Made by a program: the position numbers and the translations under genes. 59,235 nucleotides of DNA from a virus: the UHGV virus genome UHGV-0193504, one strand, 5' to 3'. Positions within the stretch are counted from its first letter, which is position 1. Each line of letters opens with the position of its first letter. The notes beneath the pieces are model-generated. The model saw nothing but the letters and a program-made list of their open reading frames with translations. It was not told where the DNA came from and ran no database searches. Of the stretch, positions 38,120 through 47,779 are shown in pieces.

Positions 38120-39319
38120 CTACATCACTTTATCAATCAGTGCGGCTGTTTCGCGTGCCATCTTCTCCGTGTCGTGCGAATATAGGTTCTGTGTGATAGA
38201 TACGTCAGCATGGCCTAGGCGGGCAGCTACGTCAACCGGTTTGGCTCCGGCTTCTATCAGTCTCGTTGCGTGGGTATGTCTCAGAGAGTGGAAGTTGATG
38301 TTGACCTTTTGTAGGTGATACATCAATATGCCACGGGTGACCGGCAGCCCATACCGCCGCGTGCAAATGAGATGGTGTTCTATTGCCCCGCCCGGCTTGC
38401 CGTCAATCGCTGGCAGGACCTTCATGTGACGTTCTTTCCCTACTTCGTAGACGAGCTGGTATGACGTTCCCATCCGCAAACGTTCCTCTGCCTGTTCTTT
38501 CTTCCACGCTCTAAGCTCTTCGACTAGTGCGTCGTTCATGCAGATCACGCGCGTGCTCGTCGGCGTTTTTGGGGTAGTGAAGATTGGCTCTCTATGCACG
38601 CGCCCGGGACGTACTTGACGCACGATGGACATTGTGCGATTCTCGAAGTCAATGTCTTCCCAACACAGCCCCAGTGCTTCGCCGATGCGCAGACCGGCAT
38701 AGTAGCCAAGCAGTATAGGGATGCGACAGAACCCCTTCTTGCTTTCCTGTAGCCCAGCCAACACGCCGTCCAATTCTTCTCGCGATATGACGCGCCGCTC
38801 TACTATCTGCCGACGTGCAGAGCGGGGGACAGACACGTTCAACGCTGGATTCGACGCGATGAGTTCAGCCGGATATACGGCATATTTGAACATGCTCTTC
38901 ATGACAACTAATATGCCCTGTATCGTATCATGTCCCTTTCCCTCGGCTGCTAACTTGCGGATGATGGCATCTACGTTCCTCGGCCTTATATCCTGTAAGT
39001 ACATCTTGCCGATGTTGGGAGAGATCACGCTATAGTAGCGCCGTTCGTACTGGTATACCGTACCGAACTTCACGTTCGGCTTTACCACATTTTCCAGCCA
39101 CCCCTTAAAGAAATCATCAAGCAGCACCTTATCGCTTGTGATCCCGATATTTCCGTGCTTCCAATCGGCATATGCTTCGACGCCAGCATCATAGGCTTCA
39201 TCCTGTGACGCGAAGCCGCCTTTCTCTTTCATCTTGCGTCGGCCAGTCTCGGGATTCTTGCCGATCTCAAACGAGTATGACCATGTTTTCCCGCGCCTGC
39301 GGGTGCGTATCGTCGCCAT
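38120..39319 (-). CDS. int: tyrosine integrase
   Basis: arm-binding N-terminus (GGFASQDEA), GLRIGE, HSLRHTHAT and LGHADVSITQNLYSH motifs. Confidence 0.95.
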   Translation of the reverse strand: MATIRTRRRGKTWSYSFEIGKNPETGRRKMKEKGGFASQDEAYDAGVEAYADWKHGNIGITSDKVLLDDFFKGWLENVVKPNVKFGTVYQYERRYYSVISPNIGKMYLQDIRPRNVDAIIRKLAAEGKGHDTIQGILVVMKSMFKYAVYPAELIASNPALNVSVPRSARRQIVERRVISREELDGVLAGLQESKKGFCRIPILLGYYAGLRIGEALGLCWEDIDFENRTMSIVRQVRPGRVHREPIFTTPKTPTSTRVICMNDALVEELRAWKKEQAEERLRMGTSYQLVYEVGKERHMKVLPAIDGKPGGAIEHHLICTRRYGLPVTRGILMYHLQKVNINFHSLRHTHATRLIEAGAKPVDVAARLGHADVSITQNLYSHDTEKMARETAALIDKVM

Positions 39320-39371
39320 TTCTTTTCCTTTCTCCGCGACTTTTGCGCGGTATGTGTGGTATAATATATGC

Positions 39372-39509
39372 GTAAGCGAACCTATCAGGCGTACCTGCTC
39401 ACGCCTTCCTCATCCACAGACGCGGAGAATGAAGAGCAGGAGCGGTCACGGCTAATGCGGCATTGGTTCTGTAGAGCGGGAGGCCTGAGGAGGCGACCCG
39501 CTCTCTTTT
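39372..39509 (+). ncRNA. putative sRNA, copy 1
   Basis: TGGTATAAT at 39357-39365; ends in AGAGCGGG..CCCGCTCT plus a T run; near-identical blocks repeat at 41345-41467. Confidence 0.55.
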
Positions 39510-39623
39510 GTGTGTCATCAATTACATTATCACACACCAGGAGTCATAGTAAAGACTTTTACACGTGTTAATACTTGTAATATGTGTTAATACGTATTAT
39601 AATAATAACTGTAAGGGGGAGAG

Positions 39624-39809
39624 ATGATGAAGCCAAAGGAATTGTTGAAGATACTGCAAGCAGATGGATGGGTGATTGACCGTGTCAGAGGTTCACACCA
39701 CATCCTAAAGCATCCGACAAAGCCAGGCAGGCCGACGATCCCCATGCACAATAAAGACTTGAAGCCTGGCACTTACAACAGTATCTTAAAGCAGGCAGGG
39801 CTCAAATGA
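39624..39809 (+). CDS. hicA: HicA toxin
   Basis: GSHHILKHPTKPG..IPMH..LKPGT..SILKQAG. Confidence 0.92.
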   Translation: MMKPKELLKILQADGWVIDRVRGSHHILKHPTKPGRPTIPMHNKDLKPGTYNSILKQAGLK

Positions 39810-39841
39810 GTCCTGTTTGCTCCTGCAGAAAGGAGATTGTC

Positions 39842-40246
39842 ATGGCGACGAAATTGATTTATCCAGCGGTGTTTCATCCAGAGGCGGATGGCGGTTATTC
39901 CGTGGACTTTCCGGATCTGCTTGGATGTGTGACGGAAGGCGATACGCTCTCTGAGGCTGTTGACATGGCCGAAGATGCGCTCGGCATCTACCTGTATTCT
40001 CTGAAAGAAGACAAGGAGCCATACCCCGAGCCATCCGATCCAGCTGATATCAAGACGGAAGGGAGAGACTTTGTCTCTTTGGTTGAATATGATGAAGTGG
40101 CCTATCTGAAACGTACCGACAATCATTCTGTCAAGAAAACGCTCACCATCCCTGCTTGGATGGACACCTTGGCCAAGGAGCACAACCTGAACTTCTCGAA
40201 CGTGCTGCAGAACGCTATCCGCAAAGAACTGAATATTGCGCAGTGA
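39842..40246 (+). CDS. hicB: HicB antitoxin
   Basis: YPAVF, FPDLLGCVTEGD and VKKTLTIPAW..NFSNVLQ; palindromes ACACGTGT and AATACGTATT upstream of the operon. Confidence 0.92.
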   Translation: MATKLIYPAVFHPEADGGYSVDFPDLLGCVTEGDTLSEAVDMAEDALGIYLYSLKEDKEPYPEPSDPADIKTEGRDFVSLVEYDEVAYLKRTDNHSVKKTLTIPAWMDTLAKEHNLNFSNVLQNAIRKELNIAQ

Positions 40247-40322
40247 ATGTAGAGCCGTCCATGCGGGCGGCTTTTCTTTTGCTCTAATATGTGGCATGAT
40301 ATAGGTATGAGCGGGTAATCTT

Positions 40323-41273
40323 GTGGCACCAAGGAAAACCAGCTATGATGATGCCGATACAGTGCGATTGCTGCCGGAGAGGATGGTTGATGATATGCAG
40401 GATACGTTTGACCTTACGATAGAGTATGATGCTAAGCAAGAAAATCCTGAAAGGCTGTTTCGGGGCATAGCTAAGGTCTTGGAGGCATTTCAAGAGATTG
40501 ACGATGCAATGGTCAAATGCATCGATAGTGATATCGAAAGCCGGATCATGCTCGATGACCTAGAGCGCGGCTCTATCGTGTTGAAGTTAAGAAACATCAT
40601 CAAAGCACTGCCAGATGATGCATTGAGAAGTGGAGATTATAAAAAAGTGGTGGGCGAGTTCTTGTGCAGAGCAAAATATAAAATACTGGAGTTCTTAGAT
40701 GATAAAGAGACCATTGACAATCCAGATGATGTAGCACAGCTTGAAGCTAGCCTTAGTAATCTGGCTCAAAGCACGAATGCGAGCGCCATGGGGTGTTATA
40801 CTTGTCCTGTTCGCTATAGTCTGCTCACTAGTATGGGAAATTTGTCAGCGGCTTTAGATGAGTTTAGTGACACAGACCAACTTACGATGTCAATGGGGCA
40901 GGGTCAGTGCGTAGAACTCAATAAATCTTTCAGCTTGAATAAAGACGATATATTAGAGCTGTGTAAAGGCGATGTGCTGGAAAATGACGTGGAAATGATA
41001 CTGCAAATACGTCGGCCTGATTTTCTGGGCAACATGCAATGGGAGTTTCGTCATGGGGATGACAAGATATTAGCCAAACTTGGAGACAAAGAATGGATGA
41101 AGAGTTTTCGCAATCATGAATTCAATGTGGCACCAGGTGATTCTCTCAAGGTACGAATGCATTCTGTACTGACCTATGGCAAGAATAATGAACCGTTGAG
41201 TATCAAGAATACGATAACTAAGGTATTGAGTATAGTGCCAGCAGCTTCGGTCCAGCAGCAGAAATTACTGTAA
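40323..41273 (+). CDS. hypothetical accessory (moron) protein, lower GC
   Basis: 316-aa ORF with its own upstream -10-like box (TGTGGCATGAT); start uncertain. Confidence 0.65.
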   Translation: MAPRKTSYDDADTVRLLPERMVDDMQDTFDLTIEYDAKQENPERLFRGIAKVLEAFQEIDDAMVKCIDSDIESRIMLDDLERGSIVLKLRNIIKALPDDALRSGDYKKVVGEFLCRAKYKILEFLDDKETIDNPDDVAQLEASLSNLAQSTNASAMGCYTCPVRYSLLTSMGNLSAALDEFSDTDQLTMSMGQGQCVELNKSFSLNKDDILELCKGDVLENDVEMILQIRRPDFLGNMQWEFRHGDDKILAKLGDKEWMKSFRNHEFNVAPGDSLKVRMHSVLTYGKNNEPLSIKNTITKVLSIVPAASVQQQKLL

Positions 41274-41314
41274 CATCCACACCGTGCACGTCCACGATAT
41301 GGTATAATGGATGC

Positions 41315-41470
41315 GGTAGATGAGGAACACTCATCGATTTATCTGGCGTACCTGCGCTGGCCTTCCTTATCACAGTTTCCGGAGAAGGTAATGAAGAGGG
41401 GGAGCGGTCACGGCTAATGCGGCATTTGATTCTGTAGAGCGGGAGGCCTGAGGAGGCGACCCGCTCTTTT
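41315..41470 (+). ncRNA. putative sRNA, copy 2
   Basis: TGGTATAAT at 41300-41308; same conserved blocks and terminator as copy 1. Confidence 0.55.
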
Positions 41471-42356
41471 CATTTACTAGCACCTTCATACCATTTTGAT
41501 TTCTTGTGCGCATACGTGGCCCAAAGGTCGCGATTCCCAGACCTGTATACACGTTCCCCTAACGTAATAAGTATGTCTTGCACTTTCTCCGGCTTTATGT
41601 CATGCGTAGCAAACAGCTTTCTGGCCTGTTCTCGTCTAACGATTATCCTAGAAGATAAGTCAGGATTATCCGTTACGGTATTTAATATGGCCATAAAATC
41701 TTCTTCGTCGATTCCACCATAGAATAGTTGCCATACATAGACAGGGAAATCGAGGTTAGGGATATCTATCATATTTCCGATCTCGATTACTTGGAGCAGC
41801 CACTTTGAATTTCCACCCATATTGTAAGCCATATCTTTCAGGTTCATCCGCATACGATATTCAACGATCTTTGCTATGATAAAAAACACAACTACGAGTG
41901 TTAGCGTATAGAGAACGAACAGCTCTATGGAGTCGAGAGTAGTCAAACCGTTTCCTTCAAAAACGCGTAAGGTTTGATGTAACGAGTTTTTGGCGGTTGA
42001 CAACGGTTTGGTGGGCAGGGTATAGATATAAATTGCCGTTATGAATATGTTCAGCACCATCAAAGGGAATATGTGAAAGGTTATCGGCAATCTCTTTATG
42101 ATGTGCCACTTCTTGAACAATATGAAGAAAAATATGACTACGAGATAAATAGACAAGGTTGTACCAAAGGTCCTGTCTAACATCTTAAGGACGTAGTAAA
42201 ACCAATTAGCTAAGATGGTATCCTTGACACTCCCCATGCCTAAAGGCAGGGGATTCTTGGTTCAACGACCACTGCGCCGCCTCCGAGGAATTGGCGTCTT
42301 ATACGATCTCCCCAAGCGTGAATTCCCGTGTGCCCCACGGTATGTTTTATTTCCGT

Positions 42357-43481
42357 TCATGCAACTTTGGATTTGTCTTCCAAAGCTTTGCGCAGGATGT
42401 TCTTTGCGGCATTCACATCTCTGTCGTGATGGGATCCGCATGCTGGGCAATCCCATTCGCGGACGCTCAAATCCTTTGTAAGTGGATTCTGATAGCCGCA
42501 GACGAAGCAAGTCTGACTTGACGGATAGAAGGTATCAACTTTGAGCAGTTCGCCGCCGTGTCGTTCTGTCTTATACGACAGCTGACGGAAGAATTCGCTC
42601 CAGCTCACATCTGAGATTGACTTCGCGAGTTTATGATTCCGCAGCATTCCTTTGATGTTCAGATATTCTACGGCTACTGTTTGATTTTCACGAGCAAGCC
42701 GTGTCGATATCTTGTGAAGAAAATCCCTGCGGATATTTGCGATACGCTCATGGACGCGAGCAACACGGACGCGCGCTCTTCCACGGTTCACCGACTTCGG
42801 CATCTTTCGGGAAAACCGCCGCTGCTCACGGCAGAGCTTGCGCTGGAGCTTCTTCAGTGGATGTGGGTTCTCTACGGTATCGCCGTTGCTATCCGAATAG
42901 AATACCTTCAGACCAACGTCAATACCAATCTGCTTGCCATTGTTCGGGCAGAGCAAGGATTCTTTTTCTGCTTCGACACAGAGCGAAACGCAGTATTTCC
43001 CTGAAGCAGTTCGGCTTACTGTGGCAGAGAGAATCCGGCCATCGAAGTCACGGCTCTGCTTGATTCTCACAAGACCGATCTTCGGGAGCTTGATCCTCTT
43101 GCCGATGATACGGATACCGTTTGTTTGATTGCGCGTCCGGTAGGACTGGCTGTGACTATGTTTCGACTTGAAGCGCGGGTATCTTGCCCGCTTTGCAAAG
43201 AAGTTCTGAAACGCGCGGTCAAGATTCCGCAGGGATTCCTGCAATGCCATGCTGTCCACTTCGGACAGCCATGCAGTTTCCTCGCGCTTCTTGAGGTCAG
43301 TGAGCAATTTGCTTGTCTTGACGTAAGTCAGCGAATTATGATTCGCCTTCCATTCGTCGCGACGCACCGCGAGGAAGTGGTTGAATACGAAACGTGCACA
43401 GCCAAGCGTGCGGTTGATGAGGTTTTCCTGTGTTCTGTTCGGATAGATGCGGAATTTATAGCCGAGCGTGTACGTTTCCAT
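42357..43481 (-). CDS. tnpB: TnpB RNA-guided endonuclease
   Basis: YKFRIYP HTH; RuvC GIDVG, VAVEYL and DRDVNAA; CFVC/CPAC zinc finger. Confidence 0.93.
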   Translation of the reverse strand: METYTLGYKFRIYPNRTQENLINRTLGCARFVFNHFLAVRRDEWKANHNSLTYVKTSKLLTDLKKREETAWLSEVDSMALQESLRNLDRAFQNFFAKRARYPRFKSKHSHSQSYRTRNQTNGIRIIGKRIKLPKIGLVRIKQSRDFDGRILSATVSRTASGKYCVSLCVEAEKESLLCPNNGKQIGIDVGLKVFYSDSNGDTVENPHPLKKLQRKLCREQRRFSRKMPKSVNRGRARVRVARVHERIANIRRDFLHKISTRLARENQTVAVEYLNIKGMLRNHKLAKSISDVSWSEFFRQLSYKTERHGGELLKVDTFYPSSQTCFVCGYQNPLTKDLSVREWDCPACGSHHDRDVNAAKNILRKALEDKSKVA

Positions 43482-43486
43482 TTTTC

Positions 43487-43894
43487 TCACTTCCTTTGCG
43501 ATGTCTTTTGGCTTTCGATATACTGCTTGACGATTCCAAGCGGCGCACCGCCGACCGTGGAGCAAAAATAGGAATTTGTCCAAAGTGTCGGCAGTTTCGT
43601 TGTCAGCCAATGAAATTCCTGTCTCAATATCCTCGACGTTTTGCCCTTGATTGTCTTCACCGCTTTGTGAATTCCGAATTGCGGGTCTACCTCCAAAAGC
43701 AGATGTACATGATCTGGCATGATTTCCATCTCGATGACCTCAAAGTGGTTTTCGGCCGCGATGGACTGTATGAGCTCCTTCAATCTCACATCCACACCAT
43801 TTACGAGCACTTTTCGACGATACTTAGGACAGAATACAATGTGATATTTACAGGAATATACGATGTTACGGTTTGAATGATATACTCTGTTCAT
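43487..43894 (-). CDS. tnpA: Y1 HUH transposase
   Basis: YHIVFCPKYRR, DHVHLL, LWTNSYF and YIESQ motifs. Confidence 0.95.
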   Translation of the reverse strand: MNRVYHSNRNIVYSCKYHIVFCPKYRRKVLVNGVDVRLKELIQSIAAENHFEVIEMEIMPDHVHLLLEVDPQFGIHKAVKTIKGKTSRILRQEFHWLTTKLPTLWTNSYFCSTVGGAPLGIVKQYIESQKTSQRK

Positions 43895-44646
43895 ATTTGT
43901 ATTATACTACAATTTATTAGTTAATACAATAATTGAGGAGAAAAAAGTTGTCCGCCTTCAATTGCTTACGCAAATTCGGCGGACGCGCCTTATATCCCCA
44001 GCCCTAAAGGACGGGGTTTTACGGCGCATTTTGATAACATCAACCACAAATGAAGCAATCCCGTATAGAAACGGTAGGCATATCAGTATAATGATGATCG
44101 CGCTAATACTTCTGAGGATCATGTCGATGATTTCAGCAATCATATCGAGTATGGGAGAACTTGATGAATCATAATTTGATGTCCCATAATACGTTCCATC
44201 GGAAGAGTATTTATTATCTGCTCCAAAAGTAGTCTCGCCAACATGAGTATTATTGCTGCCGCCAACATAAGTGTTTCCTTCTGCCGTATTGTTTGAGCCA
44301 GCTACGTGAGTATTGCCAATGCTTACATTATTATCTCCCTGAATGTATGTGTTCCCTTGTGAGGTGTTGTTGTCGCCGCCTATGTATGTATTGCCCACGC
44401 TCACATTTCCATGACCGGGGATGAAGGTATTATCTGATGAATGGTTATTTTCACCGGGAAGGGAAGTATTTTCTTCGGAGATATTGCCCTGGACTGTTTC
44501 AGTAGTATCAGCGTTTAGATTTGCATCGTCGGCCAAGGTGGTAGGTGTGGCCAACACAATGGTGCAGCAAAGCAGGATGCTTGTCACAATTTGTTTATAC
44601 ATGTCACTCACACCTCGACCGCTAAACTATATTTTTACATTTTAGA

Positions 44647-45075
44647 TTATTGCGACTTTAACTGCACATGCTCATCCGGTACACCGCGCATCCTTGCCAG
44701 CTCGTACATGCTGAAATCTGCGTGCTCGCGTAAGTACATGTCATTCAGCAGTAGCTCTACGGCGAAAGTGTTTGCTATCCTCTCGGCCTTCGCGTCATTC
44801 CCAAAGGTGTAGCTCGCCATCCATGCGGTGTTGGCGTCCGGCGTGCAGAGTGCGTGCCCAATCTCGTGGGCGAGGATGAACGGCAGCATGTGGGATGGTG
44901 CCACGTTGCTGTCGATGATAATGATCTGCGTGCGCTTGTACCGAAGATAGTTAGCATACTTGACGCCGCCAAGCGGCCCATACTGTATGTGCATGTGCAG
45001 GCGACGCGCTATCTCAAACGGGTTCGACGTGCCGCACTTCCTGATGACTGACTCAGCTTTCCTCTTTACATCCAT
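44647..45075 (-). CDS. ImmA/IrrE-family metalloprotease (DUF955)
   Basis: LAHEIGHA and ERIANTFAVELL; directly downstream of the repressor. Confidence 0.9.
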   Translation of the reverse strand: MDVKRKAESVIRKCGTSNPFEIARRLHMHIQYGPLGGVKYANYLRYKRTQIIIIDSNVAPSHMLPFILAHEIGHALCTPDANTAWMASYTFGNDAKAERIANTFAVELLLNDMYLREHADFSMYELARMRGVPDEHVQLKSQ

Positions 45076-45088
45076 AGCATCACGACCC

Positions 45089-45520
45089 CTATTGCTGATA
45101 CTTGCGCGGTGTGTACTTCTTCTTTGCTATCCGCTTCGTTTGTATCATCGCGGCTCTCAGTGTTGCCTTGAACGCCTCTACATCTTCCTGTGCGTCCGTG
45201 TCTCCCTCATAGGCGGCTGTACTGACGGAGTGCATCATGTCCTCTAGATCACGCTCAATCTGCCGCTCATCTCTGGCGTTGAGGTCTGGCAGGTCGTCGT
45301 TCTTCTGCGCGTCCGTGTTGCCAAGCAGTAGGTCGGTTGACACGTGGAAGAACTTTGCTATCCTCTCTATCCTATCCATGCGAGGCATCTTGCGGCCCTT
45401 CTTCCAATCTGTGATGGTCGGCGGGGCTACGTTCACATACGCTGCCAACTCAGCCTGTGTTTTGTCAGTAGATTGCAATAAGTTTGATAAATTTCTAGCG
45501 AATACTTCTTTTGCCTCCAT
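45089..45520 (-). CDS. XRE-family (CI/ImmR-like) repressor
   Basis: TQAELAAYVNVAPPTITDWKKG HTH; divergent from cro. Confidence 0.9.
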   Translation of the reverse strand: MEAKEVFARNLSNLLQSTDKTQAELAAYVNVAPPTITDWKKGRKMPRMDRIERIAKFFHVSTDLLLGNTDAQKNDDLPDLNARDERQIERDLEDMMHSVSTAAYEGDTDAQEDVEAFKATLRAAMIQTKRIAKKKYTPRKYQQ

Positions 45521-45804
45521 GTCTATCGCCTCCTATATATGTAGTATATCACTTTTTTATTAGCTAAACAATAATTTTTCCAAAAAAAATTAGCCAAACT
45601 ATTGACATTAGCCACTGGATAATGTATAGTATGTATTAGCTGATGGATAACAAAAGCGGCCGGCATGATGGCGTGCCGGACATAAAGAACTTGCTGCGGC
45701 AAGGGAAACAGATAGAAGAAGCGAACGGCAGAAAACTGCCCCAAGCTACGCATTAACTCCCATGTGGACGCGTACCTTTGCAATTATAGATAAGGAGAAA
45801 AAAG
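45521..45804. promoter_or_regulatory. lysis-lysogeny switch with candidate operators
   Basis: TTGACA(45602)-17 nt-TATAGT(45625); TTAGCTAA, TTAGCCAA, TTAGCCAC and TTAGCTGA at 45560, 45590, 45608 and 45636, and TTAGCTAA again at 45997. Confidence 0.7.
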
Positions 45805-46011
45805 ATGAAAATTAGTCTCAAAGCGGCTCGTGTGAATGCAGGACTGACGCAGACACAGGCTGCTGCTAAGGCTGGTAAAAATAAGATGACAATCTCGAAC
45901 TGGGAGAATGGGAAGAATCCTATCGACTCGTTCAGCCTTGAAAAGCTCTGCGCTATCTACGGGGTAACGATTGACGATATTTTTTTACCATCAAAATTAG
46001 CTAATAGATAA
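45805..46011 (+). CDS. Cro-like HTH regulator
   Basis: LKAARVNAGLTQ..TISNWENG. Confidence 0.88.
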   Translation: MKISLKAARVNAGLTQTQAAAKAGKNKMTISNWENGKNPIDSFSLEKLCAIYGVTIDDIFLPSKLANR

Positions 46012-46057
46012 TATATCGGCACAAGAGATATCCATAGGGTAATAAAAGGAGACAGAC

Positions 46058-46855
46058 ATGAAAGATAAAGATAAGGAGATTCAGATTTTCAACAACCCCG
46101 AGTTTGGCGAGGTTCGTACAGTGAGCATCGACGGTGAGCCTTGGTTTGTTGGCAGGGATATTGCGTTGGCTCTCGGGTACAGCAATACAAAAGATGCCCT
46201 CGCCAAGCACGTTGACGACGACGACAAAAAGATGGGGTCGCAAAACGCGACCCCATCCATCAAAGACTCTCTGGGGCGTGACCAGTATCCAGTTTTCATC
46301 AACGAATCTGGCCTCTACAGCCTCGTACTTTCGAGTAAGCTGCCGACGGCGAAGAAGTTCAAACGCTGGGTGACAAGCGAAGTCTTGCCGACGATTCGCA
46401 AGACGGGCAGCTACAGCGTCAAGCAGGCCGAGCAGGACAAGACGAGAGAGATGCGAGCCGAAGCAATGCTCCGCAACTCAATCTCCAAGCAGGCAAAGAT
46501 GATGATGGAGATTGCGAAGATGTCTCACATCAAAGCCTATCAGGACGTCATGATGGCGAAGGCGGGCAACATCCTCGCGGGCGAGAACATCCTGCCAATG
46601 CCGAAGAGCGGCAGAGAGCGCCGTCCGCTCGGTTGGTTCTGCAAGCAGATCGGCAAGCCTGAAACGTGGAGTACACAGCTCGGCAAGATTCTCAAAATCA
46701 AGGGAATCACAAAACTGCCCGGCGAGAACGGAGAGTTCGTCGAGGACCATGCGCGTAACAACTCGCGCAAGCAGGTCCAGAACTTCGAATGGTATGTCGA
46801 CTTCCTTCTCCCTGTTGTGCAGAAGGGTGCGCAGCATGGTTGGCTGGCTGACTGA
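46058..46855 (+). CDS. BRO-N antirepressor
   Basis: FGEVRT..PWFVGRD, INESGLYSL and FKRWVTSEVLPTIRKTG. Confidence 0.9.
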   Translation: MKDKDKEIQIFNNPEFGEVRTVSIDGEPWFVGRDIALALGYSNTKDALAKHVDDDDKKMGSQNATPSIKDSLGRDQYPVFINESGLYSLVLSSKLPTAKKFKRWVTSEVLPTIRKTGSYSVKQAEQDKTREMRAEAMLRNSISKQAKMMMEIAKMSHIKAYQDVMMAKAGNILAGENILPMPKSGRERRPLGWFCKQIGKPETWSTQLGKILKIKGITKLPGENGEFVEDHARNNSRKQVQNFEWYVDFLLPVVQKGAQHGWLAD

Positions 46856-46856
46856 G

Positions 46857-46994
46857 ATGAGTAGCCCATCATACAAGCGTCACATGTACCGCATCTGCCG
46901 CGCCATAGGCATCTGCATGCGGTGCGGTCAGCCCGCACAAGGCCATGCGTACTGTGGCGTGTGCAGGGCAAAACGAAAAAAGAGAGGTGAGTGA
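46857..46994 (+). CDS. small Zn-finger-like protein
   Basis: GICMRCG...YCGVC. Confidence 0.45.
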   Translation: MSSPSYKRHMYRICRAIGICMRCGQPAQGHAYCGVCRAKRKKRGE

Positions 46995-46995
46995 C

Positions 46996-47127
46996 ATGAA
47001 GCTAGAAGAAGCAAAAAAAGAAGCAAGGGAACTTCTCACCAGTCCGCTGACGTATAGCCTGCTGGCGTTCGCAGTTTCTTGCTTCTCTCTCGGGTTTGCA
47101 GTAGCAGCACGGATGTTCAATCATTGA
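46996..47127 (+). CDS. small membrane protein
   Basis: GAGGTG RBS; one TM segment. Confidence 0.45.
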   Translation: MKLEEAKKEARELLTSPLTYSLLAFAVSCFSLGFAVAARMFNH

Positions 47128-47458
47128 CGGCGACAACAAGGGCAATAATTGAGACGATGAGCGCGGCAATGGAGATGTACAGACTCAGTTTGTTGATATA
47201 GTGGTCTGAATCCGCACGGCGCTCCTGGTGTTGGTGCTCATCGTAGTCGGCCAACAGGTTGCAACTATCAACTGTCAAATCAACTCTGGTTTCAACAGAG
47301 CCTGACAGTAGGCCGCCTCTAATGAAGCCCTTGACTCGTGACCAGCCATAAATGTCTACGAGTGTACTGGAAAGCATTGGCAGACGATGTTGCCGAACGA
47401 AGCAAAGCATTTCGATCACTTCGGCGTTAGTAAGTTCTCCGGGGTGGTCATGGAACAT
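47117..47458 (-). CDS. counter-oriented protein with C-terminal TM (moron-like)
   Basis: own TGGTATAAT promoter and AAGGAG RBS on the minus strand. Confidence 0.6.
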   Translation of the reverse strand: MFHDHPGELTNAEVIEMLCFVRQHRLPMLSSTLVDIYGWSRVKGFIRGGLLSGSVETRVDLTVDSCNLLADYDEHQHQERRADSDHYINKLSLYISIAALIVSIIALVVAVND

Positions 47459-47506
47459 ATCAATCAACTCCTTGTGGAGATTATACCATCAAACAGGGGA
47501 TGAGAG

Positions 47507-47779
47507 GTGACCAATATGACAGAGGAATATCTTAAGCAGCTTATCGCCGAGGCTATCGCATCGGTGGCCGTCCAGCCGGAGCTGCTGAAACTAAAGGACG
47601 TTGCGGCGATGCTTTCATTGTCGCAACCGTCCGTCCTGCGTCTCGTAAATGCGGGGAAGATCCCCTTTGTGCTCTACGAGAGCAAACGCATGTACCGCCG
47701 TCGCGATGTGATGGCGTACATCGAGAACATGGAAACGTACAAGGGAGGAAAAGCAAATGACAAACATGCAACCGCGTAA
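47507..47779 (+). CDS. excisionase-like HTH protein
   Basis: LLKLKDVAAML..VLRLVNAGKIP..YRRRDV. Confidence 0.7.
   Translation: MTNMTEEYLKQLIAEAIASVAVQPELLKLKDVAAMLSLSQPSVLRLVNAGKIPFVLYESKRMYRRRDVMAYIENMETYKGGKANDKHATA

Larger units (their letters stand above)
42224..44033 (-). mobile_element. IS200/IS605-family element (tnpA + tnpB)
   Basis: left end TTAT|CAAAATGCGCCGTAAAACCCC..GGGG hairpin; right end GAATCCCC..GGGGAGTGTCAA; IS608-like end architecture with no target duplication. Confidence 0.92.
41470..44611 (-). pseudogene. 443-aa multi-pass membrane protein gene interrupted by IS200/IS605
   Basis: removing 42224-44033 joins ..VVDV-AT|G-DTILANWF.. in frame (578+754 nt); signal peptide, GN-rich repeats, several TM segments. 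Confidence 0.8.

Noticed and set aside
43958..44033. C-terminus of the 217-aa ORF (and the N-terminus of the 255-aa ORF at 42224-42237) as parts of independent genes
   Set aside because: These residues are read from the IS ends; both ORFs are halves of one interrupted gene.
45559..45572. Gapped self-match of array unit 6 (AT.AG.TA.AC.AT) to the cI/cro operator region
   Set aside because: Only 5 of 10 dinucleotides match. Several 10-base gapped matches are expected by chance in 59 kb given the number of windows tried.
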